Below, piece after piece: positions 11,101 through 19,611 of a stretch of DNA of 64,000 nt. The stretch's first letter is position 1; every line of letters begins with the position of its first letter. A program made the position numbers and the translations under genes. The notes under the pieces are model-generated. The model made no database searches. It saw only the letters and a list, made by a program, of their open reading frames with translations, and was not told the origin of the DNA. Source of the DNA: Candidatus Poribacteria bacterium (GTDB lineage: Bacteria; Poribacteria; WGA-4E; WGA-3G); assembly GCA_965197475.1 (NCBI GenBank), contig CBDANF010000003.1:2679223-2743222 (forward strand). The letters are read 5' to 3'.

Positions 11101-11689
11101 AGTAAATGTCCCGGTGGTTCGGGTTTTCTGGCGTTGGCTTGTGCTTATAGATGAAAAATTTTGCTTCATCGGTGTTCGGATGCAGGTAATCTTGGATTCG
11201 GCAAGTGAACCGAAGTCCGCCGGATTTTGTTATCGTCAACAATGGGGCGGCAGTCGTGTTAATGAGTGCTTCAATACAAGTAGAAACAGCTTCTGGTTCG
11301 GCACAAATCGCGTCATATTTAAATTCAAAGTCGTGCCATCGCGCACTATCACGTTGGGAGGGGATGCCGGTATATATCTGAATTCCCCATGAGGCATACC
11401 ACTGTTTCATTCGCCAATCTTCAGCACTTTGCCGCTTCAAGAACCTATCACCACCAAAATCTCGTGGACCTTGATCGTTTTCAGGCGCATGGCCTATCGG
11501 CATAAAGGAGATATCTGCATTCTCAAGTTCATCAAGTGTCAACGGATTGCTGCGTACACAATGCACCTTAATGCAATACCGAAAACGTTTGTATAATGCT
11601 GTTGTTACCACTGTTCTGCGTTGCCGAAGTGATTCTCTTTCTGCATGCCGTTGGTGACAACGTTCAAAAATATCTTCTAAAACTTTCAT
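8177..11689 (-). CDS. Large orphan protein: AEP/PrimPol-like N-terminal domain, Cys-cluster, C-terminal winged-helix DNA-binding domain
   Basis: This is an uninterrupted 1170-aa ORF. The N-terminal ~240 aa follow the primase-polymerase motif order (WGIQIYTG ... WHDFEF ... TITKSGGLRFTCR ... IYLELRGNEGYSRWD). A Cys cluster sits mid-protein (CEDP...CPQCPVWTAC). The C-terminus LVAAIDSSPQAIGNQLKQLLDEGEIVRVRRGVYALP looks like MarR-type wHTH. The last residues (EFVGWVKRK) run into a REP family 2 copy. Function is not established. Confidence 0.5.
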   Translation of the reverse strand: MKVLEDIFERCHQRHAERESLRQRRTVVTTALYKRFRYCIKVHCVRSNPLTLDELENADISFMPIGHAPENDQGPRDFGGDRFLKRQSAEDWRMKQWYASWGIQIYTGIPSQRDSARWHDFEFKYDAICAEPEAVSTCIEALINTTAAPLLTITKSGGLRFTCRIQDYLHPNTDEAKFFIYKHKPTPENPNHRDIYLELRGNEGYSRWDMRYEILLGNLLVPPIIAKEVIFAPINSLRAALHAPESPQEKFLKDALKTDTAALPSLGSENLDLAKEAFLKRGFSYEREANGFHYWTHNDVYVSLWEDQDIVWVRAATPNTEFPIYAVPITAIWDDTGISMPTPINEKILVIREGHLSPLAIKRLPPKLQKQQTPPKVHKTLQQHSAQLQRILKRGTRVLALTATEANILTNTETEDYLLNNHATSLNIPDSYISEATEQRYRSKKLSSFFRRRYIFHQWEQVKDIPVDVRMTNPFQHGNVCEDPERFSAFEEKGGNASESICPQCPVWTACQERGYLSQPLALQRTNAQILSIWKLFLDPQYTYLLQQILGSTDEPEHICIIDERITTISYLFPEYRLSRKVVEEWVVNWRGNVLGNFAVALMNAIETQSNPYSNPVGPVRAVVEAFQQHAAEIIQQMCYINVQGKVVARGIVDTKTGTELARYAIDFHGGATAHIPLDANAEDRLRAMELPILPLHSREAVRAISKSRPLPPTVGAISESRPLPPNEDICIPMQMAEAAALGILDLQTVEKIDSFPTVCRDPNWTYWHQLQRFFAHYLRDADAPMQWDDKYLKFWIPPKLHPNVKRLLLISTYLSDQQLRKVFPDEEMDVIRVEPTAWVPGNNVFQIRTNSKSLHEILNYDFNSDVTELSKLGERYFLGIRAEIDRDPSIKHAIATDTPIIDTLADLTAKQNVCFVADYKKLHKIETHIEAVQVLWIVGTPFWPQDTLCHHAQMLFGNDEKPLNYEREMLSQEMWTDYFIDERIQRVYDQNIAGLLTQIVGYFGLNRRKGKTVMLLNNIELPDITDRPETLLFDWEDFEIAGGLHKLEETVRTRERFEAERANLTAESSREEVERVLGCSSRQANRVLQELRGGNIPRVTFREQILFLLASGREKTTSSLVAAIDSSPQAIGNQLKQLLDEGEIVRVRRGVYALPETKASEFVGWVKRK
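9511..9588. repeat. In-frame 39-bp tandem duplication (x2) inside the 1170-aa gene
   Basis: taggaggtaaaggtcgcgattcggagatcgctcctacag is followed by a near-identical copy. This encodes the protein repeat ISKSRPLPPTVG / ISESRPLPPNED. The unit ends in the ...ctcctacag motif seen in intergenic REP elements. Confidence 0.8.
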
Positions 11690-11766
11690 GATGTCCGCCT
11701 TTTCCTACTGTAGGGTGGGTAAAGTGTAACGTAGATATTTTTGTGGGAGGCGTTTTGAACGCCGAT

Positions 11767-13163
11767 ACTTTCTTGTATAGGACGGACGCATTTTCTCTTA
11801 AAGTCCCCCTGCATAAGGGGGACTTAGGGGGTTAAAAACACGGAAATAACGATTTTGAACTGCGGGATGGACGCATAAGTGGTAGAATCCTTGATGGCAT
11901 CTGCCAGTTTAACCCCCTAACCCCCTTATCAAGGGGGAATGCGTCCGTCCTTTTAACCCCCCTAACCCCCCTTATCAAGGGGGAATGCGTCCGTCCTGTT
12001 GTACTACCTTACTTTCTTGTATAGGACGGACGCATTTTCTCTTAAAATCCCCCTGATAAGGGGGACTTAGGGGGTTAAAAACACGGAAATAACGATTTTG
12101 AACTGCGGGATGGACGCATAAGTGGTAGAATCCTTGATGGCATCTGCCAGTTTAACCCCCCTAACCCCCCTTATCAAGGGGGAATGCGTCCGTCCTTTTA
12201 ACCCCCCTAACCCCCCTTATCAAGGGGGAATGCGTCCGTCCTTTTAACCCCCCTAACCCCCCTTATCAAGGGGGAATGCGTCCGTCCTGTTGTACTACCT
12301 TACTTTCTTGTATAGGACGGACGCATTTTCTCTTAAAATCCCCCTGATAAGGGGGACTTAGGGGGTTAAAAACACGGAAATAACGATTTTGAACTGCGAG
12401 ATGGACGCATAAGTGGTAGAATCCTTGATGGCATCTGCCAGTCTAACCCCCCTAACCCCCCTTATCAAGGGGGAATGCGTCCGTCCTTTTAACCCCCCTA
12501 ACCCCCCTTATCAAGGGGGAATGCGTCCGTCCTTTTAACCCCCCTAACCCCCTATCAAGGGGGAATGCGTCCGTCCTTTTAACCCCCCTTATCAAGGGGG
12601 AATGCGTCCGTCCTGTTGTACTACCTTACTTTCTTGTACAGGACGGACGCATTTTCTCTTAAAATCCCCCTGATAAGGGGGACTTAGGGGGTTAAAAACA
12701 CGGCAATAACGACTTTGAACTGCGAGATGGACGCATAAGTGGTAGAATCCTTGATGGCATCTGCCAGTCTAACCCCCCTAACCCCCCTTATCAAGGGGGA
12801 ATGCGTCCGTCCTTTTAACCCCCCTAACCCCCCTTATCAAGGGGGAATGCGTCCGTCCTGTTGTACTACCTTACTTTCTTGTATAGGACGGACGCATTTT
12901 CTCTTAAAATCCCCCTGATAAGGGGGACTTAGGGGGTTAAAAACACGGAAATAACGATTTTGAACTGCGAGATGGACGCATAAGTGGTAGAATCCTTGAT
13001 GGCATCTGCCAGTCTAACCCCCCTAACCCCCCTTATCAAGGGGGAATGCGTCCGTCCTTTTAACCCCCCTAACCCCCCTTATCAAGGGGGAATGCGTCCG
13101 TCCTTTTAACCCCCCTAACCCCCCTTATCAAGGGGGAATGCGTCCGTCCTGTTGTACTACCTT
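11767..13163. repeat. Nested tandem repeat array: 5 macro-units (244-326 bp), each with 2-4 copies of a ~46-bp hairpin sub-repeat (14 in total)
   Basis: Macro-units start at 11767, 12011, 12302, 12628 and 12873. Each has a left arm ggacggacgcatt..ccccctgataaggggg..agggggttaaaa and a ~73-bp near-invariant core. It then carries n copies of ttaacccccctaaccccccttatcaagggggaatgcgtccgtcct (n = 2,3,4,2,3) and a linker gttgtactaccttactttcttgtata. There are no unique spacers. Confidence 0.95.
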
Positions 13164-13582
13164 TAAATTGACACCTATAGGCAAAGCGTAAGCGAAACCC
13201 GTGAAATGCACGTGTGGCATTCCGCCCGTATGGTATTCTGCATGATTCATCCAAATCAACGCTGAATGCGCGTTCGGTTTCCGGACCGAACCGCATTCGG
13301 TGCTAACAGGGATATTTAACCAACTTCTTACATGTTCTTGTGCGTTGATGTGGACAAAAGCTACACGCAAAATCATGCAGAATACCAAACGCGCATTCTG
13401 TCACGCGGTTGTCGGCAGAGAAACCCAAGGACTCCCCTACAATGTTAAACAAGGCGAAATGCCAAATTAACACCGATTCCCCTATAATGTGATAAATTGC
13501 TGAGTTTCCGGTTGTTCCAACTAACTTATAGACTGTTGATCGGTAAGCTTAGGCAAGTATACCTACCGTCGTCTTATATCTT

Positions 13583-13704
13583 CAGGACTTACGCATTCCC
13601 CCCTTGATAAGGGGGTTAGGGGGTTAAATAGGCAGAATTTGGTGCTTTTAACCCCCTAAATCCCCCTTATCAGTGGGACTTTTAAACACATTGCGTAAGT
13701 CCTG
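13583..13704. repeat. MITE-like palindromic element, family 1 (TIR CAGGACTTACGCA)
   Basis: It starts caggacttacgcatt and ends ttgcgtaagtcctg. The interior ccccttgataaggggg-ttaggggg-ttaaa is mirrored on the right arm. Sibling copies lie at 22625-22745 and 26085-26206. Confidence 0.8.
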
Positions 13705-13974
13705 ATCTTATAGTAAAATCTGTAATTATCTGGACACTGCTGTAGCGTCCACTTTCAGTTTGCGCAAGGACGACACAAACTAAAAGTTTGTGCTACAAAA
13801 TATGCGGTAGGAACTGTTTCCCAACTGGACCGATAACAATGTCCAAGTAATTCTAAAATCTACTATAATATATTAACACAAAACCTAATTTTTATCAAGG
13901 TTTTTACATTTATGGTGAATTAACGTGAGCTCGGTGTCCGAGATGTGAATTTTTTAATTCTTGAATTCTACTTT

Positions 13975-14063
13975 CACAGCCACGGTAGGTGCGGTTTTCA
14001 CAGCCACGGTAGGTGCGGTTTTCACAGCCACGGTAGGTGCGGTTTCCTAACCGCACCATAGGC
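13975..14063. repeat. 24-bp tandem repeat x3 ending in a REP family 4 palindrome (ggtgcggtttcctaaccgcacc)
   Basis: cacagccacggtaggtgcggtttt occurs three times, followed by ctaaccgcaccataggc. Related palindromes ggttcggtttcctaaccgaacc (about 39405-39430) and ggagcggttaggaaaccgctcc (about 39511-39532) occur elsewhere. Confidence 0.85.
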
Positions 14064-14290
14064 ATTAATTTAAAAAATGTCTGTGTTTTTATAAACATTG
14101 CTCAATGCGTATGATGATTGAAACTGTCCCATATTTAGCCCCGCCAAATGCGCTTGGCAGAATACGCGTATGGTATTCTGCATGATTTGGCGGGGTTCAA
14201 GAGACTGTTTGGGACTGTTTTCTGGACACATTCCGCACCGCTGGTGATGCTATCGTCACAAATCAGTATCTTTTTTGCATATAGCACACT

Positions 14291-14338
14291 AAATTGACAG
14301 TTATGGGTTTCGCTACGCTCTACCCAACTTACGAACTC
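14291..14338. repeat. REP family 2 copy
   Basis: aaattgacagttatgggtttcgctacgctctacccaacttacgaactc, near-identical in layout to 20229-20276. Confidence 0.75.
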
Positions 14339-14703
14339 AAAAATGTCAAATTCTCACATAAAATGTAGAATTTTCACATCAAATGCAGAATATTCGCAAA
14401 AAATGTGTGTTTTTTGTAATTTTTACTTGACTTCTAACGTATAATAGTATACAATATGTCATGTAATTCATTTTAAGACATACATATTGTATAATAATGA
14501 AAAACTTAATTTGTTTAATATTAAGTTTAATGTTATAATTAATCTGTGTTCTATATGAGACTTCAAGTGACGGAGTAGCGAACCAGAACCTTGAACGCAC
14601 ATAAAATTAGGTATTGGTAAGTCCATACAACATAGAAAAACTGATAAGTTCCGTTATGGAGTCCCATTTATGTTATTTAATGTAAAGACAAATAAAAAAT
14701 AAT

Positions 14704-14732
14704 TTGACTTTACATTAGTTTTAACTTATAAT
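14704..14732 (+). promoter_or_regulatory. Near-consensus sigma70-type promoter (TTGACT-17-TATAAT) about 300 nt upstream of the 1332-aa gene
   Basis: TTGACT lies at 14704-14709 and TATAAT at 14727-14732, with a 17-nt spacer and an A-rich upstream tract. A second candidate (TTGACT 14427-14432, 17 nt, TACAAT 14450-14455) lies further upstream in the same AT-rich region. Confidence 0.4.
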
Positions 14733-15034
14733 TAATATATTAGAAAGATGCAGGTGTTGTTATCATCTGCATTGGACAATGTAGGTTAGAGCAAAGCAAA
14801 GTCCATTCGTAAAGGTAAATGCTTCGCTCAAGATGCAAAGAAACAATTGGTAACCGCACAATTTATACGTAGACAGACTGGGTGTGGTATTGATTGAGAT
14901 AGGTAAACAGGTAATCCCTGTTTTTTACACAATATTAATACACAATATTAATATTTGAGATTGGAAGATTAGATTAAGAGGATTTAATTCCCTGAATCTT
15001 AACTTAATTTTAGTTATTTATAGGAGATTTTATA

Positions 15035-18000
15035 ATGAACCTGTCAAATCGATTGACATTTTCTTTAGTTTTTTCTGTTTTGCTCGTTGCAGGGTTTGCC
15101 CTTGTGCCGACCGTAATGGCGGCAGAAGGCGGTCCAACAGCGACAATTACGATTGACGACTCAATGACCACGGGTATTGACGGTGATGGCAATGGTGATT
15201 TTACTGATACGGGCGATGTCGCCCCAGTAGATACTGTGGATGGCGCGAATGTGTTGCTCACAAATTCAGCGCGCGAGACGCTCGTTACAAGTGGCACCGG
15301 TTATTTTCGTGTGAAAGTCGTGTTTAGTGAGGCAGTTTTTGCTAATCCTAATGAGACTGATGTAGACAATCCAGATACACCAATTGCGAATGGTGATCTT
15401 GGTGCTACCTTAACTGGCGCGGATGCTGTTTGGAATATTGTAGCTGGAGCAGTTCGTGGTGGAGCAGAGGTCACTGGTATAACAGTCGATAGTATTGAGC
15501 GTGTTGACACAGACGATGACCCAAATGTGGAAGTGCTTTCCAAGACCGATTTTCTGGTAACACTATTAGTCGATTCTGATGACGTGCCGTTAATAATAAC
15601 CCTCACACTTAACGAGAATCAAGTCTTCGGTGTAGGCACACCATTTCGGTCTCCTCCGCCCACAGCTGCGGTTCCTGGTATAAGCAACCAAGAAGCAAGT
15701 GCAACTTTCACTGTCATTCCAAAAGAGTTGTTAAACCCGGATGTTGCGGTTTCTGCAAGTGAGATCGGACTTGGCGAGACGGTTACTTTGACATTGACGT
15801 TTGATGAAGCTCCTACCGGTGGTGATGTCCCTTCTCGCACTAACATTACGGTTACGAACGGAAGTATTCTTCCAGACGATCTTACCACAGTTGGTGATGA
15901 TGGGTTATATTCAAACGCCGATGCAACTACCGATCCTAATACGATATGGACAATAGTAGTTATCCCGCGAGGTGGTATTGGCACTTTCTACAAAATGAAA
16001 GTAGAAGCAGTAGCCGGTGCGCCTTTCGTCCTCTCGGAAGAAATTACTGTTGATAGCACGCCACTATCGCAACAGATTGATATTGAAACAGATTCTACTT
16101 CTGACTCTCGAAAAGGTGGTGCGGAGTTTACGGTAAAAATTGTATATAACGTAGCACCATCAGATCCCCTTACTGCAGCGGGTGTTACAGTTGAAGGCGG
16201 CGATAAAGGAGAGTTTTCGGGATCAGGCACAACCTACTTCTTGGTAGTGGAGCCCGACACTCCAGATGCGGGTGAAACTGATGAACTGACGGTATCTGTC
16301 GGTCAGTATAGTCGGTCTTTCGATATCCTCGGCATAGAGGTGGAAAAGGAGGTGGAAGAGGAGGAGGATGCTATTTCTCGGATCACAAGCGAGGAATTCG
16401 CTATTCCCAAAAATAGTTTTGTTGTTGTCGTTAGAGACATTGGAACACCAGGAGATACCACAGCAGATCCGCCAATACCTGCATCACTGATACCGGAAGG
16501 TCAAGTATTCCGTGCTGGTGTTACGAAAAAAGAATGGGCAACTATGCCAAACCTACAGGAGTTATTTGATAGAACTGCTCCCGGTGGTGGTGGCGCACTT
16601 GTTGTGGAAGATGCTGCTGATCCTGCAAATATCTCTGTCGGTAGAGTCGGTATCAGTGAAATTATGTGGGGTATAGATGAAGGTAAACTCGGTTTAGCAA
16701 GTCAAAGTGCCTCACAGTGGATTGAACTTCACAACATCTCCGATAAAGATGTGATGGTCAAACTACATTCACTCACAGGTCGCGATATTACCGATGACAC
16801 CAAACTCACAGGTAGCCTTACAGCTCGCACAATTGATGTAGTGACGAACTTCTTTAACAATCGTCCAGGTGGCGTAGCGTGGGATGTGCCAGGTTCAAAC
16901 GGTAATACCGTATCAGGCGCAAATTTCGTCTCAATGGCACGCAAGCTACCAGATAAGAAGGGTGCTTATGCCGATGCCAGTGGTGCAAGGTATAGCAACC
17001 GAGATGGTAGAGCGTCAGGGAGTTGGACGACATCTTCAAACGTTTATGTACGGAAGGCAGTGTCTGTTGGTGATGTGCAGGTGGTTTATGAATATAAAGG
17101 CACACCCGGACAGGTGAATTCGTTTGAACCTGAGAAACAGCCGCACACTAGAGATAGCCGAACAAATGTTCCAAGTGATGCGATTGTCATCAACGAGGTC
17201 GCGAACCGTTCTGATACGGATAAAAAGTACGAGTGGATTGAGCTTCGCAATGCCTCTGGCAGTGAAAAAAACCTGCGGAAATACAGAATCTCTAAGGTAA
17301 TTGATGATGATACTGACCAACTCCTTATTGAATTCCCGAACGATGATAAAGCCAAGATTCCTGCAGGTGGTGTGCTACTCTTAGTTGCATCCGATCCAGC
17401 AACTGATCCGAATCATCCGCTTGTCCCTGGACGCAACGTCTCTAAAAGTCAAGCAGAACATTTACAATGGGAATGGAACAGTCCAATTCGGTATAAGGTC
17501 ATTGAGTTTAAGAATAATGGTCTACCAGACAGTGGTAAGTTCGTGCTGATTGTGCGCAGACCAGACAGTGCTAGTGATGCCGCTGAACTTGGTAAAGATG
17601 ACCTTGACAAAATTGTGGATATTGCTGGATGGCACGATAATTTGGATAGATCTGACTATTCTAATGCAGTTTCATCCACTGATCTATGGCCACTGAGAGC
17701 GTTTAAGGCACCAGAGTTCACTGATAACAAGCTTGAAGTAAACAAGGTTCACTATCGCCAGCATAAGACAACGAAAGATGGTCGTAGTGGTGTTGGTTCT
17801 ACGGCTAATTCAACCTCCGACAGTACGGCAGCATTCCGAGATGCTGGGTTCACAGGTGTCGGCTATAAACGTCGCATCACAGGCGGAGCCGTTTATGGGG
17901 GAACACCCGGTTATGATAACGGTGCACTGAAACCAAAAGATGGCGTTATCACAGGTCCTGTCTATATCAGTGAAATTATGTATGCTGATGGACCAAACGG

Positions 18001-19033
18001 CTCACTCCCACAGTGGATTGAACTCCGTAACCCGTCTAAGACTGTTGGTGCAGACTTACACAACTGGCGGCTTACCATCATCAATCACGATTCGACTGAT
18101 GCTGATGGCACGCAATGGGGCGGTAAAGCCGATGCAAGTATCCTGCTCAACAGGTTGAAAATTAAACCGAATTCGTCTGTGCTGATTGCCTCATCCAGAG
18201 CACCTCGGTTTGACGTTCGCCTTCCCAATACTGATATCTTTACCCTGTTCCCGGCACATAGAAACACTTTCGGTATGTCAGGTCCTGGTAGTGATGTTAT
18301 CAATATCTATGGCTTCAAAATCACGCTGCATGCCAGAGGTAACGAATCATCGAGTAGCCGGCAGTTAGTTGACGAAGTCAGTAACCTCGCTGATCGGAGA
18401 GATGCAAAGCGAGGAGAGAGAACGGATACGGAACGTTATGATGCTCCTCGTTGGGCATGGCCGGATGCACATACCGCAGATGGTGATCGTATCTCAGTCG
18501 CTCGTGCTAATACGAATACTGCTACTGAAGCATACAATCGTGGTATCGCTGATGGAAAAACAGCCGCAGGTTGGGTGCTCTCCAGTGATGATGGCAGAAT
18601 CCACAGAATCGACGTAACCTATTATGGGAACGAAGACGATATTAGCACACCGGGTCAAACCGTTCGTTCACCACTACCAGTTTCATTGTCCTCTTTCCGT
18701 CCATCAGTGCAAGACGGCAAAGTCGTTGTCCGATGGACAACCGAATCGGAACTTGACAACGCTGGATTTAATATCCTCCGTAGCGATAGCCGGAACGGTG
18801 AGTTCAAAAAGGTCAACGCTAAGATGATCCAAGGTCATGGTACCACAGGTGAACGTAATACCTATAAATGGGTTGATGCTACAGCGAAACCCGGTTTTGT
18901 ATATTATTATCAAATTGAAGACGTATCCTTCGCCGGTGAGCGTCAAACGCTCATGACCACTAAGTTGAAAGGCTTGATCTCGGCAAAGAACAAGCTGACC
19001 ACATTGTGGGGCGGATTGAAAGAGGTACAATAG
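15035..19033 (+). CDS. Large secreted protein with three lamin-tail-domain (LTD)-like modules
   Basis: The 1332-aa ORF has a good RBS (taggagatttt ataATG) and a signal peptide (FSVLLVAGFALVPTVMAAEG). Three LTD-type signatures are visible: ISEIMWG...QWIELHNIS, VINEVANRS..YEWIELRNASG and YISEIMYADGPNGSLPQWIELRNPS. A C-terminal beta-rich tail follows. Confidence 0.75.
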   Translation: MNLSNRLTFSLVFSVLLVAGFALVPTVMAAEGGPTATITIDDSMTTGIDGDGNGDFTDTGDVAPVDTVDGANVLLTNSARETLVTSGTGYFRVKVVFSEAVFANPNETDVDNPDTPIANGDLGATLTGADAVWNIVAGAVRGGAEVTGITVDSIERVDTDDDPNVEVLSKTDFLVTLLVDSDDVPLIITLTLNENQVFGVGTPFRSPPPTAAVPGISNQEASATFTVIPKELLNPDVAVSASEIGLGETVTLTLTFDEAPTGGDVPSRTNITVTNGSILPDDLTTVGDDGLYSNADATTDPNTIWTIVVIPRGGIGTFYKMKVEAVAGAPFVLSEEITVDSTPLSQQIDIETDSTSDSRKGGAEFTVKIVYNVAPSDPLTAAGVTVEGGDKGEFSGSGTTYFLVVEPDTPDAGETDELTVSVGQYSRSFDILGIEVEKEVEEEEDAISRITSEEFAIPKNSFVVVVRDIGTPGDTTADPPIPASLIPEGQVFRAGVTKKEWATMPNLQELFDRTAPGGGGALVVEDAADPANISVGRVGISEIMWGIDEGKLGLASQSASQWIELHNISDKDVMVKLHSLTGRDITDDTKLTGSLTARTIDVVTNFFNNRPGGVAWDVPGSNGNTVSGANFVSMARKLPDKKGAYADASGARYSNRDGRASGSWTTSSNVYVRKAVSVGDVQVVYEYKGTPGQVNSFEPEKQPHTRDSRTNVPSDAIVINEVANRSDTDKKYEWIELRNASGSEKNLRKYRISKVIDDDTDQLLIEFPNDDKAKIPAGGVLLLVASDPATDPNHPLVPGRNVSKSQAEHLQWEWNSPIRYKVIEFKNNGLPDSGKFVLIVRRPDSASDAAELGKDDLDKIVDIAGWHDNLDRSDYSNAVSSTDLWPLRAFKAPEFTDNKLEVNKVHYRQHKTTKDGRSGVGSTANSTSDSTAAFRDAGFTGVGYKRRITGGAVYGGTPGYDNGALKPKDGVITGPVYISEIMYADGPNGSLPQWIELRNPSKTVGADLHNWRLTIINHDSTDADGTQWGGKADASILLNRLKIKPNSSVLIASSRAPRFDVRLPNTDIFTLFPAHRNTFGMSGPGSDVINIYGFKITLHARGNESSSSRQLVDEVSNLADRRDAKRGERTDTERYDAPRWAWPDAHTADGDRISVARANTNTATEAYNRGIADGKTAAGWVLSSDDGRIHRIDVTYYGNEDDISTPGQTVRSPLPVSLSSFRPSVQDGKVVVRWTTESELDNAGFNILRSDSRNGEFKKVNAKMIQGHGTTGERNTYKWVDATAKPGFVYYYQIEDVSFAGERQTLMTTKLKGLISAKNKLTTLWGGLKEVQ

Positions 19034-19068
19034 GGTTAAATTCAGGGATATTTAACCAGTTCTCCTCA

Positions 19069-19094
19069 AATAAGGATACTGCAGTATCCTTATT
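19069..19094. terminator. Perfect 26-bp palindrome just after the 1332-aa gene (hairpin, no U-tract)
   Basis: aataaggatactg/cagtatccttatt lies 36 nt after the stop codon. A second hairpin (taggaaactgc...gcagtttccta) follows at about 19126-19166. The lack of a T-run makes intrinsic termination uncertain. Confidence 0.35.
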
Positions 19095-19381
19095 GAAGGA
19101 AATCTTTCTAAAACAACTATTCCCATTTAGGAAACTGCAGTATTTTCCGGTGCAGCAGTTTCCTACGGGGATAGCTTAATTAACCTAACCTAATCCAACT
19201 AACCTATCTAATAGGAGACTTGCGCCCGCAAGTTTCCTATTTTAACTTTTAACGCAGCTGGTTCACAAGTCCCCTTGATAAGGGGGATTTAGGGGTTAAA
19301 ATACCGAATGGTTTCCGATCTTGATTTATCTCGCGAAATCGGGTATAATAGAGACAGTGTTATCTGAATAGGACTTACGCG

Positions 19382-19611
19382 CAAGTCCTCTTGATAAGGG
19401 GGATTTAGGGGGTTAAAATACCGAATTCAAGTCCTCTTGATAAGGGGGATTTAGGGGGTTAAAATACCGAATTCAAGTCCTCTTGATAAGGGGGATTTAG
19501 GGGGTTAAAATACCGAATTCAAGTCCTCTTGATAAGGGGGATTTAGGGGGTTAAAATACCGAATTCAAGTCCTCTTGATAAGGGGGATTTAGGGGGTTAA
19601 AATACCGAATT
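19382..19611. repeat. 46-bp tandem repeat x5 (family 1 core, opposite orientation to the 11.8-13.2 kb array)
   Basis: caagtcctcttgataagggggatttagggggttaaaataccgaatt is repeated head-to-tail five times without spacers. A degenerate solo copy lies at about 19268-19312. Confidence 0.95.

Noticed and set aside
11767-13163. CRISPR array
   Set aside because: The repeats are regularly spaced, but the intervening sequences are themselves repeated: a near-identical 73-bp core and linker in every macro-unit. The 46-bp units abut each other directly. There are no unique spacers and no cas genes in the window.
13069-14098. ORFs 13069..13296, 13128..13388 and 13910..14098 as genes
   Set aside because: Their 'proteins' (…PLIRGVRGVKRTDAFPLDKGG, …NRTYRGCENRTYRGCENRTYRGC…) are direct translations of repeat units. 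They have no RBS and no start context.
19382-19611. CRISPR array or minisatellite-encoded peptide
   Set aside because: The five 46-bp units are contiguous with no spacers. The only reading frames across them are short and match the translation artefacts seen in every family 1 copy.
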